NCBI GenBank assembly: GCA_963792415.1
Contig: CAWBVY010000010.1
Span: 32,001-96,000 of the forward strand
From: Candidatus Deferrimicrobiaceae bacterium
GTDB taxonomy: Bacteria; Desulfobacterota; Deferrimicrobia; Deferrimicrobiales; Deferrimicrobiaceae
Direction of reading: 5' to 3'
Length of the DNA: 64,000 bases
The notes under the pieces: generated by a model
Told to the model about the DNA's origin: nothing
Database searches by the model: none
Seen by the model: the letters and a program-made list of their open reading frames with translations, nothing else
Shown: in pieces, positions 1 to 12,901 of the stretch
How positions within the stretch are numbered: position 1 is the first letter of the stretch
Layout of the letters: the number at the start of each line of letters is the position of its first letter
Translations under genes and position numbers: made by a program

Positions 1-978
1 CCGAACTTCATCAGCATGCCCGGCATGCACGGAAGCTACGCCGCGAACATGGCGATGACCGAAACCGACCTGATCATCGCGCTGGGCGCCCGCTTCGACG
101 ACCGCGTGACGGGAAGGCTCGACGCCTTCGCCCCCCACGCCCAGGTCATCCACGTGGACATCGACCCGGTAGAGATCGGGAAGAACCGGGCGGCGGACGT
201 GCCGATCGTCGGGAACCTGGCGCCGGTCCTCGAGAAGATGAACACGGTCCTCGCGGAGCTCGCTCCCTCCCGCAAGGACCGGCACGCGGCCGACCGGCGG
301 GCCTGGAGGGAGAAGATCGCATCGTGGGCGGCGGAGCACCCCTTCGCGCCCACGGTGTCGGACACGGAGATCAAGCCGCAGCACCTGATCCGGGAGATCG
401 ACCGGCTCTCCGGCGGAGACGCGATCGTCTGTTCCGACGTGGGGCAGCACCAGATGTGGGGAGCGCAGTACCTGCGGTTCAACCGGCCCAGGCTGTGGCT
501 CAGCTCCGGGGGGCTCGGCGCGATGGGGTTCGGGCTTCCTTCCGCGATCGGCGCGCAGATCGCCAACCCGGGCGCTCTCGTCTTCGCCCTGGTGGGGGAC
601 GGCGGCTTCCAGATGTCGATCCCCGAGCTGGGGACGGTGGCGAACAACAACCTTCCGATCAAGATCGTCGTGATGAACAACGGGTACCTCGGGATGGTCC
701 GGCAATGGCAGGAGCTGTTCTACAACAACCGGCTCTCCTCCGTGGCGCTCGCGGGATTCCCCGACGCGTCGATGCTCGCCGGGGCGTACGGGTTCCCCGG
801 ACGCACGGTCGAGGATCCGGGGGAGATCGGGCAGGCGCTGGACGACGCGGTCCGCCACCCGGGCCCCTACCTGCTCAACGTGAAAGTGTCGCCGTTCGAG
901 TGCGTCTACCCGATGGTCCCGGCCGGCGCGGCGATCAACGAGATGGTGCTGGGGCCGCCGAAGGCGGCGGCGGTATAG
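1..978 (+). CDS. ilvB: Acetolactate synthase large subunit, 5'-truncated by the window edge
   Basis: GMHG, DVGQHQMW, SGGLGAMGFGLP and ThDP-binding GDGGFQM...NNGYLGMVRQWQ motifs; frame is open back to base 1. Confidence 0.95.
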   Translation, partial: PNFISMPGMHGSYAANMAMTETDLIIALGARFDDRVTGRLDAFAPHAQVIHVDIDPVEIGKNRAADVPIVGNLAPVLEKMNTVLAELAPSRKDRHAADRRAWREKIASWAAEHPFAPTVSDTEIKPQHLIREIDRLSGGDAIVCSDVGQHQMWGAQYLRFNRPRLWLSSGGLGAMGFGLPSAIGAQIANPGALVFALVGDGGFQMSIPELGTVANNNLPIKIVVMNNGYLGMVRQWQELFYNNRLSSVALAGFPDASMLAGAYGFPGRTVEDPGEIGQALDDAVRHPGPYLLNVKVSPFECVYPMVPAGAAINEMVLGPPKAAAV

Positions 979-1005
979 GAAATCGAGGGGGAGGGTCGAC
1001 GAGAG

Positions 1006-1551
1006 ATGCTGCAGACGATTTCGATTCTGGTGGAGAACAAGCCGGGGGCGCTGATGCGGATCACCGGGGTGTTGAGCGCGCGCGGGTGGAACATCGACAG
1101 CCTGACGGTCGCGCGGACCCTCGACCCGGCGCAGTCCCGCATGACGATCGTGGTGGACATCGATCCGGTCCTGCGCAGGCAGGTCATGAAGCAGATGAAC
1201 AAGCTGATCAACGTGCTCCAGGCCTGGGACCTGACCGAGTCCCTCGCCGTGCGACGCGAGATGGCGCTGGTACGGGTGCGGGCCACCCCGGCGAACCGCG
1301 CGGGGATCCTGAGGGACGCGGAGATCTACGGGGCGCGGGTGGTGGACGCCACCGCGGACGGCTTCGGGCTGGAGTGCACCGGCCCGGTCGAGAAGGTCGA
1401 GGAGTTCATCGACGCCATGAAGTCCTTCGGGGACATCGACGTCACCCGGTCCGGCATCGTGGCCGTGTCGATGGAGAGCCGGAGGCTCCGGCTGGCCCCG
1501 CCGGTCCAGACGGGGACAAACGGCGCCGCTGAGGGACGTCCGGTCTGCTGA
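1006..1551 (+). CDS. ilvN: Acetolactate synthase small regulatory subunit
   Basis: ACT-domain start ISILVENKPGALMRITG...NIDSL; directly follows ilvB. Confidence 0.92.
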   Translation: MLQTISILVENKPGALMRITGVLSARGWNIDSLTVARTLDPAQSRMTIVVDIDPVLRRQVMKQMNKLINVLQAWDLTESLAVRREMALVRVRATPANRAGILRDAEIYGARVVDATADGFGLECTGPVEKVEEFIDAMKSFGDIDVTRSGIVAVSMESRRLRLAPPVQTGTNGAAEGRPVC

Positions 1552-1584
1552 AACGGCCGAAGGGTACGCAGCCGGTCGCTCCCT

Positions 1585-2049
1585 CTACACCGCGGCCCAA
1601 TCCTCCTGCAGCACCTCGCCCTGCAGGCTCACGATCACGGACTTGACCGGGACCTTCCGGGAACTCTCCTTCAACGCCTGGAGCGCGAGCCCGGCCAGGC
1701 CGCGGCAGCACGGGACCTGCATGATCACCACCGTCAGGGTGTTGATCTTCGACTCCTCGAACAGCCCGCGGATCTTCTCGAGGTAGATCTCCTGGCCCCC
1801 GTCGAGCTTCGGGCAGGCGATCGCGAGGGCCTTCCCCTTCAGGTACGTGTTGTGGAAATCCCCCATGGCGAAGGGGACGCAGTCCGCCGCCAGCACCACG
1901 TCCGCCCCCTGGAAATACGGGGCCGACGGGGAGACCAGGTGCAGCTGGATCGGCCACTGGCGAAGCTGGGAGGGAACCTTCCCCGCCGGAACCTGCGCGT
2001 CGTCGTCCTGCGCAAACGTCATCGTCCTCGAACCCGGGCAACCGCTCAT
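1585..2049 (-). CDS. Fe-S-associated protein resembling the C-terminal half of hcp-linked ferredoxin-like proteins
   Basis: GCPGS, SQLRQWPIQLHLV, AADC, ACPKLD and MQVPCCRGL motifs; RBS GGAGG upstream. Confidence 0.75.
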   Translation of the reverse strand: MSGCPGSRTMTFAQDDDAQVPAGKVPSQLRQWPIQLHLVSPSAPYFQGADVVLAADCVPFAMGDFHNTYLKGKALAIACPKLDGGQEIYLEKIRGLFEESKINTLTVVIMQVPCCRGLAGLALQALKESSRKVPVKSVIVSLQGEVLQEDWAAV

Positions 2050-2112
2050 CGACCCACCTCCGGAAAGAGTTCGTCTTCAGGAGGATTGTCCGCCGGGAGA
2101 ACCTCGCCGTCC

Positions 2113-2126
2113 TTGACGCAGGTCAA
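2113..2126. promoter_or_regulatory. Crp/Fnr-family (HcpR/Dnr-like) palindrome TTGAC-N4-GTCAA
   Basis: Perfect palindrome TTGACGCAGGTCAA about 65 bp upstream of the Fe-S gene start. Confidence 0.55.
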
Positions 2127-2170
2127 CCTGAGTGCTGCGTTTCCTACATGCGGTTGCATTCGAGGGTCGG

Positions 2171-2599
2171 TCAATCGTCGGAAGGCGACACGGGTTTGCG
2201 CACCCGCTTGGTCTCGCCCCGCAGCTGCTTCCCCTCGAGCCGGCGCTCCCTCGATCCCGCGGTCGGCCGGGTCTTCCTTCGTTGCTTTACGGGCGCGGCG
2301 GCCTTCTCCAGCCACTGGGCCAGCCGGTCCCTCGCGTCCCGGCGGTTCCGTTCCCGCGTCCGGAAACGGCTGGCCTCGATGACGAGCACGCCCTCGCCCG
2401 TCACCCGCTTCCCGGCAAGCCGTATCAGCCGTTCGCGCACCCCGTCGGGCAGGGACCGGGAGTTGCGCACGTCGAAGCGGAGCTGGACCGCCGTCGCGAC
2501 CTTGTTGACGTTCTGCCCGCCGGGACCGGAGGAGCGGACGAACCGCTCCTCGATGTCGCCCTCGTGGACGCCGATGGATCGGAATCCGGCGGAGATCAC
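2171..2599 (-). CDS. arfB: Alternative ribosome rescue factor B (peptidyl-tRNA hydrolase)
   Basis: [13 protein letters not shown] motif and basic C-terminal tail. Confidence 0.93.
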   Translation of the reverse strand: MISAGFRSIGVHEGDIEERFVRSSGPGGQNVNKVATAVQLRFDVRNSRSLPDGVRERLIRLAGKRVTGEGVLVIEASRFRTRERNRRDARDRLAQWLEKAAAPVKQRRKTRPTAGSRERRLEGKQLRGETKRVRKPVSPSDD

Positions 2600-3045
2600 C
2601 AGATCTTGTACGGCAGGTATTTCCCCGACATGGTCACCTTGATCCGGTCGCCCTTCGGGTCCTTCTCCCTTTCGACGTCCATCGTGAAGTCGATGGCGCT
2701 CATGATGCCGTCGCCGAATTTCTCGTGGACGATCGCCTTGAAGGGATAGCCGTACACCTGCATGATTTCGTACAGGCGGTAGATGAGGGGGTCGGTGGGA
2801 ACCACCGGGCCCAGTCCCTTGTTCGGGAAAGAAACCAGGAACGGAACGACCTCTTTCCTCTTACTCCCCAGCCCCAGCCTGGCGACGATCTTTCCGGCTT
2901 CGGCGGCGGTGGCCCGCGCCTGGCCGTAGAAGAGGGCCGACACGAACATTTCGCTGCGGCCGATCCCTTTCCCGATCGCTGCGAACGACAGCTTCTTCTC
3001 CTCCTTGGCCTTCAAGAGCATTTCGGTGGTATTGCAGATCTCCAT
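2596..3045 (-). CDS. cynS: Cyanate hydratase (cyanase)
   Basis: [24 protein letters not shown] and GKYLPY motifs; RBS GAAGGAGG before ATG 3045. Confidence 0.95.
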   Translation of the reverse strand: MEICNTTEMLLKAKEEKKLSFAAIGKGIGRSEMFVSALFYGQARATAAEAGKIVARLGLGSKRKEVVPFLVSFPNKGLGPVVPTDPLIYRLYEIMQVYGYPFKAIVHEKFGDGIMSAIDFTMDVEREKDPKGDRIKVTMSGKYLPYKIW

Positions 3046-3230
3046 GACCCCTCCTTCAATATGGTGGATTTCCCGTCGCCCGTTCACCGCGGCGGGAAAA
3101 GTATACACTTGGAGACGGTGATTTCGTGCGAAGAATCGGAGGGCCAACGGACGGGTACGGTGAAACGGGCGGGCGCAAATCAGGATCGAAGGGACGGAGG
3201 ATTCTCCGCGACGAACCCTTGGAGAGGGGC

Positions 3231-3971
3231 ATGCGAATGAAGCGATCCCTGGATCTACCGGGTTTCCTGATGATCTTCCTGATGGTTGTCATGGTTTCCC
3301 CTGCCAATGCCGGGTTGATGGAGGACCTGATGAAGAAGGGGGCCGGGATGGGGCAGCCCTCCGGCCCGGGCAACGACCAGATCGTCGCCGGATTGAAGGA
3401 GGCCCTTTCGATCGGGACCGGGAATGCCGTCTCGGCGACCTCGAAGACCGACGGCTACTTCGGCAACCAGGCCATCAAGATCCTCATGCCAGAAAAGATC
3501 CGGAAAGTCGGGGATGTCCTGGGGAAGGTGGGGTATCAGAAAGAGGTGGACGATTTCGTCCTCAGCATGAACCGGGCCGCGGAGAAGGCCGCGCCGCAGG
3601 CCAAGGCGATCTTCATCGACGCCGTTCACCAGATGACCGTCGAGGATGCCCGGAAGATCCTCGACGGCGGCGACACCGCCGCCACCGAGTACTTCAAGTC
3701 GAAAACCTCCGGGAAGTTGCACGAAGCCTTCCAGCCCATCGTGTCGTCCAGCATGAGCGAGGTCGGCACGACCCGCTCCTACAAGGAGATGATGGACAAG
3801 TACAAGACCGTTCCTTTTGCCGGCAGCGAGTCGCTGGACCTGGACCGGTACGTCACCGACAAATCCCTGGACGGGCTCTTCCACCTGGTGGCCCAGGAGG
3901 AGATCAAGATCCGGAAAGACCCCGCCGCCAGGGTGACCGACCTTCTGAAAACCGTTTTCGGCGGGAAATAG
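3231..3971 (+). CDS. DUF4197 family exported protein
   Basis: Signal peptide; GLKEAL...SMNRAAEKA...AATEYF...[11 protein letters not shown] pattern. Confidence 0.85.
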   Translation: MRMKRSLDLPGFLMIFLMVVMVSPANAGLMEDLMKKGAGMGQPSGPGNDQIVAGLKEALSIGTGNAVSATSKTDGYFGNQAIKILMPEKIRKVGDVLGKVGYQKEVDDFVLSMNRAAEKAAPQAKAIFIDAVHQMTVEDARKILDGGDTAATEYFKSKTSGKLHEAFQPIVSSSMSEVGTTRSYKEMMDKYKTVPFAGSESLDLDRYVTDKSLDGLFHLVAQEEIKIRKDPAARVTDLLKTVFGGK

Positions 3972-3987
3972 TTCCTGGAGCAGGGAA

Positions 3988-4020
3988 AAGGGGAACGTGG
4001 CGCGGGGCCACGTTCCCCTT
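3988..4020. terminator. Hairpin between convergent DUF4197 and mscL genes
   Basis: AAGGGGAACGTGGC / GCCACGTTCCCCTT 14-bp inverted repeat. Confidence 0.7.
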
Positions 4021-4040
4021 GGAGGATTGCGTCGGCGCCC

Positions 4041-4496
4041 CTATGCCGCCTTGAGCTCCGAGGTGCAGTGGCCGCATCGCGTCGCCTTGACGGGGATGGT
4101 CGACAGGCAGTGCGGGCACTCCTTCGTCGTCGGCGCGGCGGCGGGAGCCTCTTCCTTCTTCTTCAAGGAGTTCATCCCCCGGATCAGGAAGAAGATGGCG
4201 AAGGCGACGATCAGGAAATTGACGACGGTGTTCACGAAGATCCCGTAGTTGAGCGTCACCGCTCCCGCCGCCTTGGCCGCGGCGACCGTCGCGTAGGGAC
4301 CCGCGGTCGTCCCTTCCTTGAGCACGACGAAGAGGTTCGCGAAGTCCACGCCCCCGAGAAGGAGGCCGATCGGCGGCATCAGGACCTCGGCTACCAGCGC
4401 TGCGATGATCATTCCGAAGGCCGCGCCGATGATGATGCCCACGGCCATGTCGACGACGTTCCCGCGCATCGCGAATTCCTTGAATTCCTTCAACAT
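4041..4496 (-). CDS. mscL: Large-conductance mechanosensitive channel with C-terminal Cys4 zinc ribbon
   Basis: [24 protein letters not shown]; tail CPHC...CGHC. Confidence 0.95.
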   Translation of the reverse strand: MLKEFKEFAMRGNVVDMAVGIIIGAAFGMIIAALVAEVLMPPIGLLLGGVDFANLFVVLKEGTTAGPYATVAAAKAAGAVTLNYGIFVNTVVNFLIVAFAIFFLIRGMNSLKKKEEAPAAAPTTKECPHCLSTIPVKATRCGHCTSELKAA

Positions 4497-4609
4497 GTCC
4501 GATCCCCTCTCTCCTGGTATGCTGCGTTGAAAGCTCCTGCCATCTTGGATAAATACAGTAAATTGCATTATTCACCAAACAGCAACGAAATTGCCACAGG
4601 GAGGTAACG

Positions 4610-4714
4610 ATGGGTTTCCTCGATGATGTCGTTGGGAAGGCGACGGGGGCGGCCGGCGGAAGCGGCGGGGTGCCATGCACGATCCGTCAGGAAAAAGAAA
4701 GGGGGTGCGGATAA
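4610..4714 (+). pseudogene. Truncated gene start (MGFLDDVVGKATG...), possibly YidB/DUF937-like
   Basis: Strong RBS GGGAGG + ATG; frame runs into unrelated low-GC sequence and stops after 34 codons. Confidence 0.35.
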
Positions 4715-4981
4715 TCACTCACATCACCGATGTAAACCCAGGTTGTCCCGGTGTGATAACGTGACTCTATGAACGGCCCATTACTGATCAGTCTTCTGCC
4801 CCCGGAACAGACCTGGGACTCCCCAGTCGCTATTTCCGGCCACACCTCATTCGTTGCCATTCTCCTACTGATCGGTTTCCTCCTGTCCCTATTGCTGCGT
4901 CATCCGGGTCATTGACCCGTCCCCAGATCGCCGAGGCGCAACGGTTGGTCTGGAAGGGGAAGCCGAAGAAGGAGAAGTACG

Positions 4982-5164
4982 TCAGACCACCACACTTCCC
5001 TGCGGCAACTCCGGCAGGGGTATCCAATGCGTGATGTTCTGAATGGGCGTGTCTCCGAAAGCGAGGTGCCAGGCCCCTCCCGGCGAGACGTATGCCACGA
5101 AGTAGCTAACGCGCATCCAGGAACACGCCAACACTCTCTTTCCAATGGGCGGCAAGGAGCGCAA
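4982..5164 (-). pseudogene. DUF551-like phage protein relic
   Basis: LP...RVL...ITHWIPLPELP resembles the DUF551 VTHWMPLPEPP signature; an in-frame stop lies just upstream. Confidence 0.5.
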
Positions 5165-5288
5165 GGAGTCTTACAGCAACGCTCCGAGCGACCTTCCCAC
5201 CCTCAGCGGGAACCCTCCGAAGGTACGCAGCAACAGTTGGCAGGCGCAGACGGCCCGGTGAAAGCCTTCGCTTTCATCGGGCCTCACT

Positions 5289-5594
5289 CTAAGCGGTGGA
5301 GGCGATGTTGCGTGATTTCGAAGGTTCTGGAGACAAGGAATGACTTTCTGGTGTCCTTCCTTCGAAGCCGTGACTATATCCTCGTGCATACGTATCGATG
5401 TAAGAGTCTCCGCTGCCGCCAAGAGAGTATTCGGCCAGCATGCGGTGCTCCTCGATCCATTCATCCGAAACACCGAAAACCTGAGCCTCTATTCCCCGGT
5501 GGTATCCTCGGAGATACTCAACCCACAGCGGTTCCGAAGAATCGTCCATCCGATCGATGATAGTGAAATGGGGACTGCGTTCATTCTTGTCCAT
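5289..5594 (-). CDS. Hypothetical protein (101 aa)
   Basis: ATG 2 nt after the upstream stop; internal YxRGYxxG repeat. Confidence 0.5.
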   Translation of the reverse strand: MDKNERSPHFTIIDRMDDSSEPLWVEYLRGYHRGIEAQVFGVSDEWIEEHRMLAEYSLGGSGDSYIDTYARGYSHGFEGRTPESHSLSPEPSKSRNIASTA

Positions 5595-5596
5595 CC

Positions 5597-5746
5597 TTAT
5601 CCCGCCTTACCCGACCCGCATTGTAAATGTATGGCAATACCCATAAGGACTAATCCAAGGAGAAGTTTTGCCTTCAGGTCGGTGATGGTTCCGGTGGCAA
5701 TCACACCAACGACCACTCCTGCAATCAAAATTAACCATATGGTCAT
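5597..5746 (-). CDS. Small two-TM membrane protein (49 aa)
   Basis: RBS GGAGGGGG + ATG; two hydrophobic stretches. Confidence 0.5.
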   Translation of the reverse strand: MTIWLILIAGVVVGVIATGTITDLKAKLLLGLVLMGIAIHLQCGSGKAG

Positions 5747-6114
5747 GCGATCCCCCCCTCCATACCACCAGGTTGGGTTGCCGCCACGCCTTCCGAACGC
5801 GAAAATTAAATGCATATTTCGAACCATTGCAAATCCATTGAAATATCTACGAAATCGGTCCGATGACCCGCGGCGGGAGATACAAAATTGTAATGGAAGC
5901 ACGACATTGAACGAATCCCATACTCATACATGTGTCGTGCGGTATGTGCGAGCGGGAGCGGTACTCCGTAGACCGCAGCGGCTTGTGCGGCCCCTGTAGG
6001 ACAGGCAAGTACGACAAACCGGGGGTATCCGATGCCTAACAGATCATCGACTGCGTGTCATCCACTACATGACGATACGGCATAAGTAACGGTATAAGTA
6101 AACCAAAGACAAAA

Positions 6115-6150
6115 AACAAGGGGCTACGGTTTAACCCGTAACCCCTTGTT
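6115..6150 (-). terminator. Intrinsic terminator downstream of tRNA-Val
   Basis: AACAAGGGG...CCCCTTGTT hairpin followed by a T-run on the minus strand. Confidence 0.7.
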
Positions 6151-6157
6151 ATTGCTT

Positions 6158-6233
6158 TGGTAGGCGGAACAGGACTCGAACCTGCGACCCTCGCCTTGTA
6201 AGGGCGATGCTCTACCAACTGAGCTATCCGCCC
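6158..6233 (-). tRNA. tRNA-Val (TAC)
   Basis: 76-nt cloverleaf GGGCGGATAGCTCAG...TTACAA...GTTCGAGTC...CCA. Confidence 0.97.
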
Positions 6234-6387
6234 GCCCGGATCTCTCCGCGCGAAGCCACACCGTAGCAGGCGTCCGTCTCGACTGTCAACCGGGGCCCCT
6301 GCTTTGGTATGATGCCCCACGGACCCGATGTGGATCGACGGGTGCCGACAAGCCGCGGCCATCGTCGCGGATTCCGGGGGAGATCAC

Positions 6388-7584
6388 GTGAAGCGGCTCT
6401 TTCGTCGCGTATTTTCATCCGGGGTTCCGCTCCTTCCGATCCTCGCGCTTCTTTCCGCCTGCGCGACGTCTTCCACACCGCCCCTTCCTCCGACCGGCCT
6501 CTCCGCGACGGGGGCGCTCGGCGTCATTCACCTCTCCTGGAACGACGGCGGCCCCCTGGTCGGCTACAACATCTACCGGAGCACCGACAACGTGACCTTC
6601 GCGAAGCGCAACGGAGACCGCGTCCCCGGGACGTCGTACGACGACACCATCGAGTCCCCCGACGGGGACGGGGTCGTCTATTATTACCGGATCACGGCGG
6701 AAGAAACGAACGAGTCCGATCCCTCCGACACCGTCCGCGCCGTCCACGGGACCCGGCTGGCGGCCGCCTACAATGCCGGCTTCACGAGCGACAACACGGC
6801 CAGCCCCTACGTTCTCGAGGGAACGACGGTCGTCGACGGCGGCGGCTTTCTCCTCCAGGGCGGGGACAAACTCTACCTGCTCGACAACGCGGTCCTCGAC
6901 GTCGAACAGGGGAACGACGTGACCGTCCAGGGACTGCTGCGCGTCCTTGCCGCCTCCGGGGCCTCGCACGCCACGATCACCTCCCACCGGGTCTCCGCCC
7001 CGCTCGCTCCCGGCGAAGGGCTCTCGATCACCTTCGACGGCGCGGACGACTTCAACCCCACGGACAACTCCGGGACATGGCTTCGGAACACGCTGCTGTC
7101 GAACCTGAAATCCGGCGAGGCGATCGTCGTCCGGAGCTGCTCGCCGCGGATCGAGAACTGCAAGGCGGTTTCCAACGACGGCACGGGAGCCTCGTACCTC
7201 TCGATCAACACGGACGGCGGCCCCATCCTCCGGAACTGTTCGTTCGATTTGATGACGCTGCAGGTTTCCGGCGGCGATCCCTCCACGACGGCGCTCGCGA
7301 TCGACAACAGCGTCTTCACGAACAGCTACTACGCCGTCAGCTTCCGGGACCTGGCGGGTCCGGGGGTGACCCAGGGGCAGATCGCGAACAACGTGTTCGA
7401 CGGGAGGAAGACGGCATACCTGTGGAACGTGACGGGTGCGGACGTACCGCTGGAGAACAACTTCTGGAGCGGCGCTTACCCGAACCCGGCGCCGACGGTC
7501 GTAACGGGCGGCAGCACGACGGCGACGTACTCTTTTCTCCCGGTGCTTCCGGCGGCGCCCGCCTCCGCGGGCCCCGACTGGTAG
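6388..7584 (+). CDS. Lipoprotein with FN3-like N-terminal domain and probable beta-helix region
   Basis: Lipobox LSAC; LSW...GYNIYRS...YYYRITA FN3 pattern; Asn-rich repeats. Confidence 0.7.
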   Translation: MKRLFRRVFSSGVPLLPILALLSACATSSTPPLPPTGLSATGALGVIHLSWNDGGPLVGYNIYRSTDNVTFAKRNGDRVPGTSYDDTIESPDGDGVVYYYRITAEETNESDPSDTVRAVHGTRLAAAYNAGFTSDNTASPYVLEGTTVVDGGGFLLQGGDKLYLLDNAVLDVEQGNDVTVQGLLRVLAASGASHATITSHRVSAPLAPGEGLSITFDGADDFNPTDNSGTWLRNTLLSNLKSGEAIVVRSCSPRIENCKAVSNDGTGASYLSINTDGGPILRNCSFDLMTLQVSGGDPSTTALAIDNSVFTNSYYAVSFRDLAGPGVTQGQIANNVFDGRKTAYLWNVTGADVPLENNFWSGAYPNPAPTVVTGGSTTATYSFLPVLPAAPASAGPDW

Positions 7585-7606
7585 CCGGGATGGGCAGGAT
7601 CCGGAG

Positions 7607-8581
7607 ATGAAGATCGCCCTCCTCGGCGCCGCGGGCTTCACTGGGCGCGCGGCCGCGGTCCTGCTCGCCCGCCGTGACGACGTCGGCGAATTGATCCTCG
7701 TCGACTACGACATCCGGGACGCGAAGCGGCTGGCGAAGGCCCTCTCCCCGAAGTGCCGGTGGGCGATGGCGGACGTCGGGAAGCCGCTGGAGCTGTCCCG
7801 GCTCCTCGAGGGGATCGACGCGGTGGCCAGCGCGGTGGGTCCTTCCGCGGAGTACGAGAAGTCGGTGCTCCTTTCGTGCGCGGCGGGCGGTGTCGCAGCG
7901 GCCTCGATCGGGGACGCCACGACCGCGGCGGAAGACCGGCGCGAGATCGACGGGGCGTTCCGCGCCGCCGGCGCCCCGGCGGTGGTCGGGTGCGGGATGA
8001 TGCCCGGGTGGACGGAACTGCTGGCGACGCACTTCCTGCGCACGGGCGACCGGTCCCCGGTTTTCCCCCCGCCTTCCCCGGAGGGGCGCTACCTGTTCTT
8101 CTCCCCGGCCCGGTTCGGCGGGTACGGATTCCTGCGTGGGGTGGCGAAGGGGATCACCGGCGCCGCGACGGCACCCGCGGGGGCGCCGGCGGGGGGCTAT
8201 TTCGCACTGCCGGACGGGTCTCGGATCGGCGTGCCCGACGGGAAGGCGGGGAACCGGCTGCGGAGGATCGTGGGCACGGTGGGGAAACTCGGCACCGTCG
8301 GAAAGGAGTTTTCGGCGGCGCTGCTGCTGTGGACGCGCGGGGGTACGCCGGAGCCCGCGGGGGCTCCCGTCGCGGTCGCCGGGGTCGCCGCGGGCGGCCG
8401 GTTCGCCCGCGTGGAAGACCCGCGGGGGAATCTCGGCGCGGCGCTCCTGGCCGAGACGGCGGTCCGCCTCGCCGCCCGGCCCCGGAAAGCGACCGGCCTC
8501 CTGCCGCTCCCGGATCTGTTCGGGAGGAAGGAGGCCGAAGAACTCGCCGCGCGCTCCGGCGCCCGGATCGTAACGGGGTAG
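7607..8581 (+). CDS. Saccharopine dehydrogenase-like NAD(P)-binding protein
   Basis: MKIALLGAAGFTG Rossmann motif, SAVGP and GCGMMPGW. Confidence 0.7.
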   Translation: MKIALLGAAGFTGRAAAVLLARRDDVGELILVDYDIRDAKRLAKALSPKCRWAMADVGKPLELSRLLEGIDAVASAVGPSAEYEKSVLLSCAAGGVAAASIGDATTAAEDRREIDGAFRAAGAPAVVGCGMMPGWTELLATHFLRTGDRSPVFPPPSPEGRYLFFSPARFGGYGFLRGVAKGITGAATAPAGAPAGGYFALPDGSRIGVPDGKAGNRLRRIVGTVGKLGTVGKEFSAALLLWTRGGTPEPAGAPVAVAGVAAGGRFARVEDPRGNLGAALLAETAVRLAARPRKATGLLPLPDLFGRKEAEELAARSGARIVTG

Positions 8582-8589
8582 AACCCCCC

Positions 8590-10998
<2,409 letters not shown>

Positions 10999-11020
10999 GG
11001 ACCCTCCCTCTCCCATGTGT

Positions 11021-12280
<1,260 letters not shown>

Positions 12281-12292
12281 GGGGGGCCTCCG

Positions 12293-12901
12293 TCAATCCA
12301 CCAGTGGTTTGAGGGACGCGGTGCGCTTCGCGACCACCTGATCAATGATACCATACGTCCTCGCCTGCTCCGCCGACATGTAGTAATCCCTCTCGGTATC
12401 CGTGGCGATCCGCTCCAGCGGCTGTCCCGTGTGTTTCGAGAGGATCCCGTTCAGGTGCTCCCGCATGCGGAGGATCTCTTCCGCCTGGATCTTGATGTCC
12501 GTCGCCTGGCCGCGCGTTCCGCCCATCGGCTGGTGGATGAGGATCCGGGCGTTGGGGAGGGCCGTCCGCTTCCCGTGTTCCCCCCCCGCGAGCAGGACCG
12601 CCGCCATCGACGCGGCCTGCCCGAGACAGACGGCCGCCACCTGGGGCTTGATGAACTGCATCGTGTCGTAGATCGCCATCCCGGCGGTCACGACCCCCCC
12701 GGGGGAGTTGATGTAGAGGTTGATGTCCTTGTCCGGGTCCTCCGCCTCGAGGAACAGGAGCTGCGCGATCACGAGGTTCGCGACGTCGTCGTCGATCGGA
12801 CTGCCGATGAAGACGATCCGGTCCTTGAGGAGCCGGGAGTAGATGTCGTAGGCGCGCTCGCCCCGGCTGGTCTGCTCGACCACCATCGGAACCAGGTTCA
12901 T
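12293..12901 (-). CDS. clpP: Clp protease proteolytic subunit
   Basis: [17 protein letters not shown] and IHQP motifs. Confidence 0.98.
   Translation of the reverse strand: MNLVPMVVEQTSRGERAYDIYSRLLKDRIVFIGSPIDDDVANLVIAQLLFLEAEDPDKDINLYINSPGGVVTAGMAIYDTMQFIKPQVAAVCLGQAASMAAVLLAGGEHGKRTALPNARILIHQPMGGTRGQATDIKIQAEEILRMREHLNGILSKHTGQPLERIATDTERDYYMSAEQARTYGIIDQVVAKRTASLKPLVD

Larger units (their letters stand above)
4680..6157. mobile_element. Small low-GC islet, probably a decayed integrated-element remnant at the tRNA-Val 3' end
   Basis: Visibly lower GC and atypical codon usage, short ORFs, DUF551-like relic; abuts the tRNA 3' end; no integrase seen. Confidence 0.5.

Noticed and set aside
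4803-4810. CGGAACAG match to the tRNA-Val 3' region as a possible att duplicate
   Set aside because: Only 8 bp, expected by chance
5340-5999. 219-aa plus-strand ORF in the islet
   Set aside because: Antisense to better-supported minus-strand ORFs; no motifs
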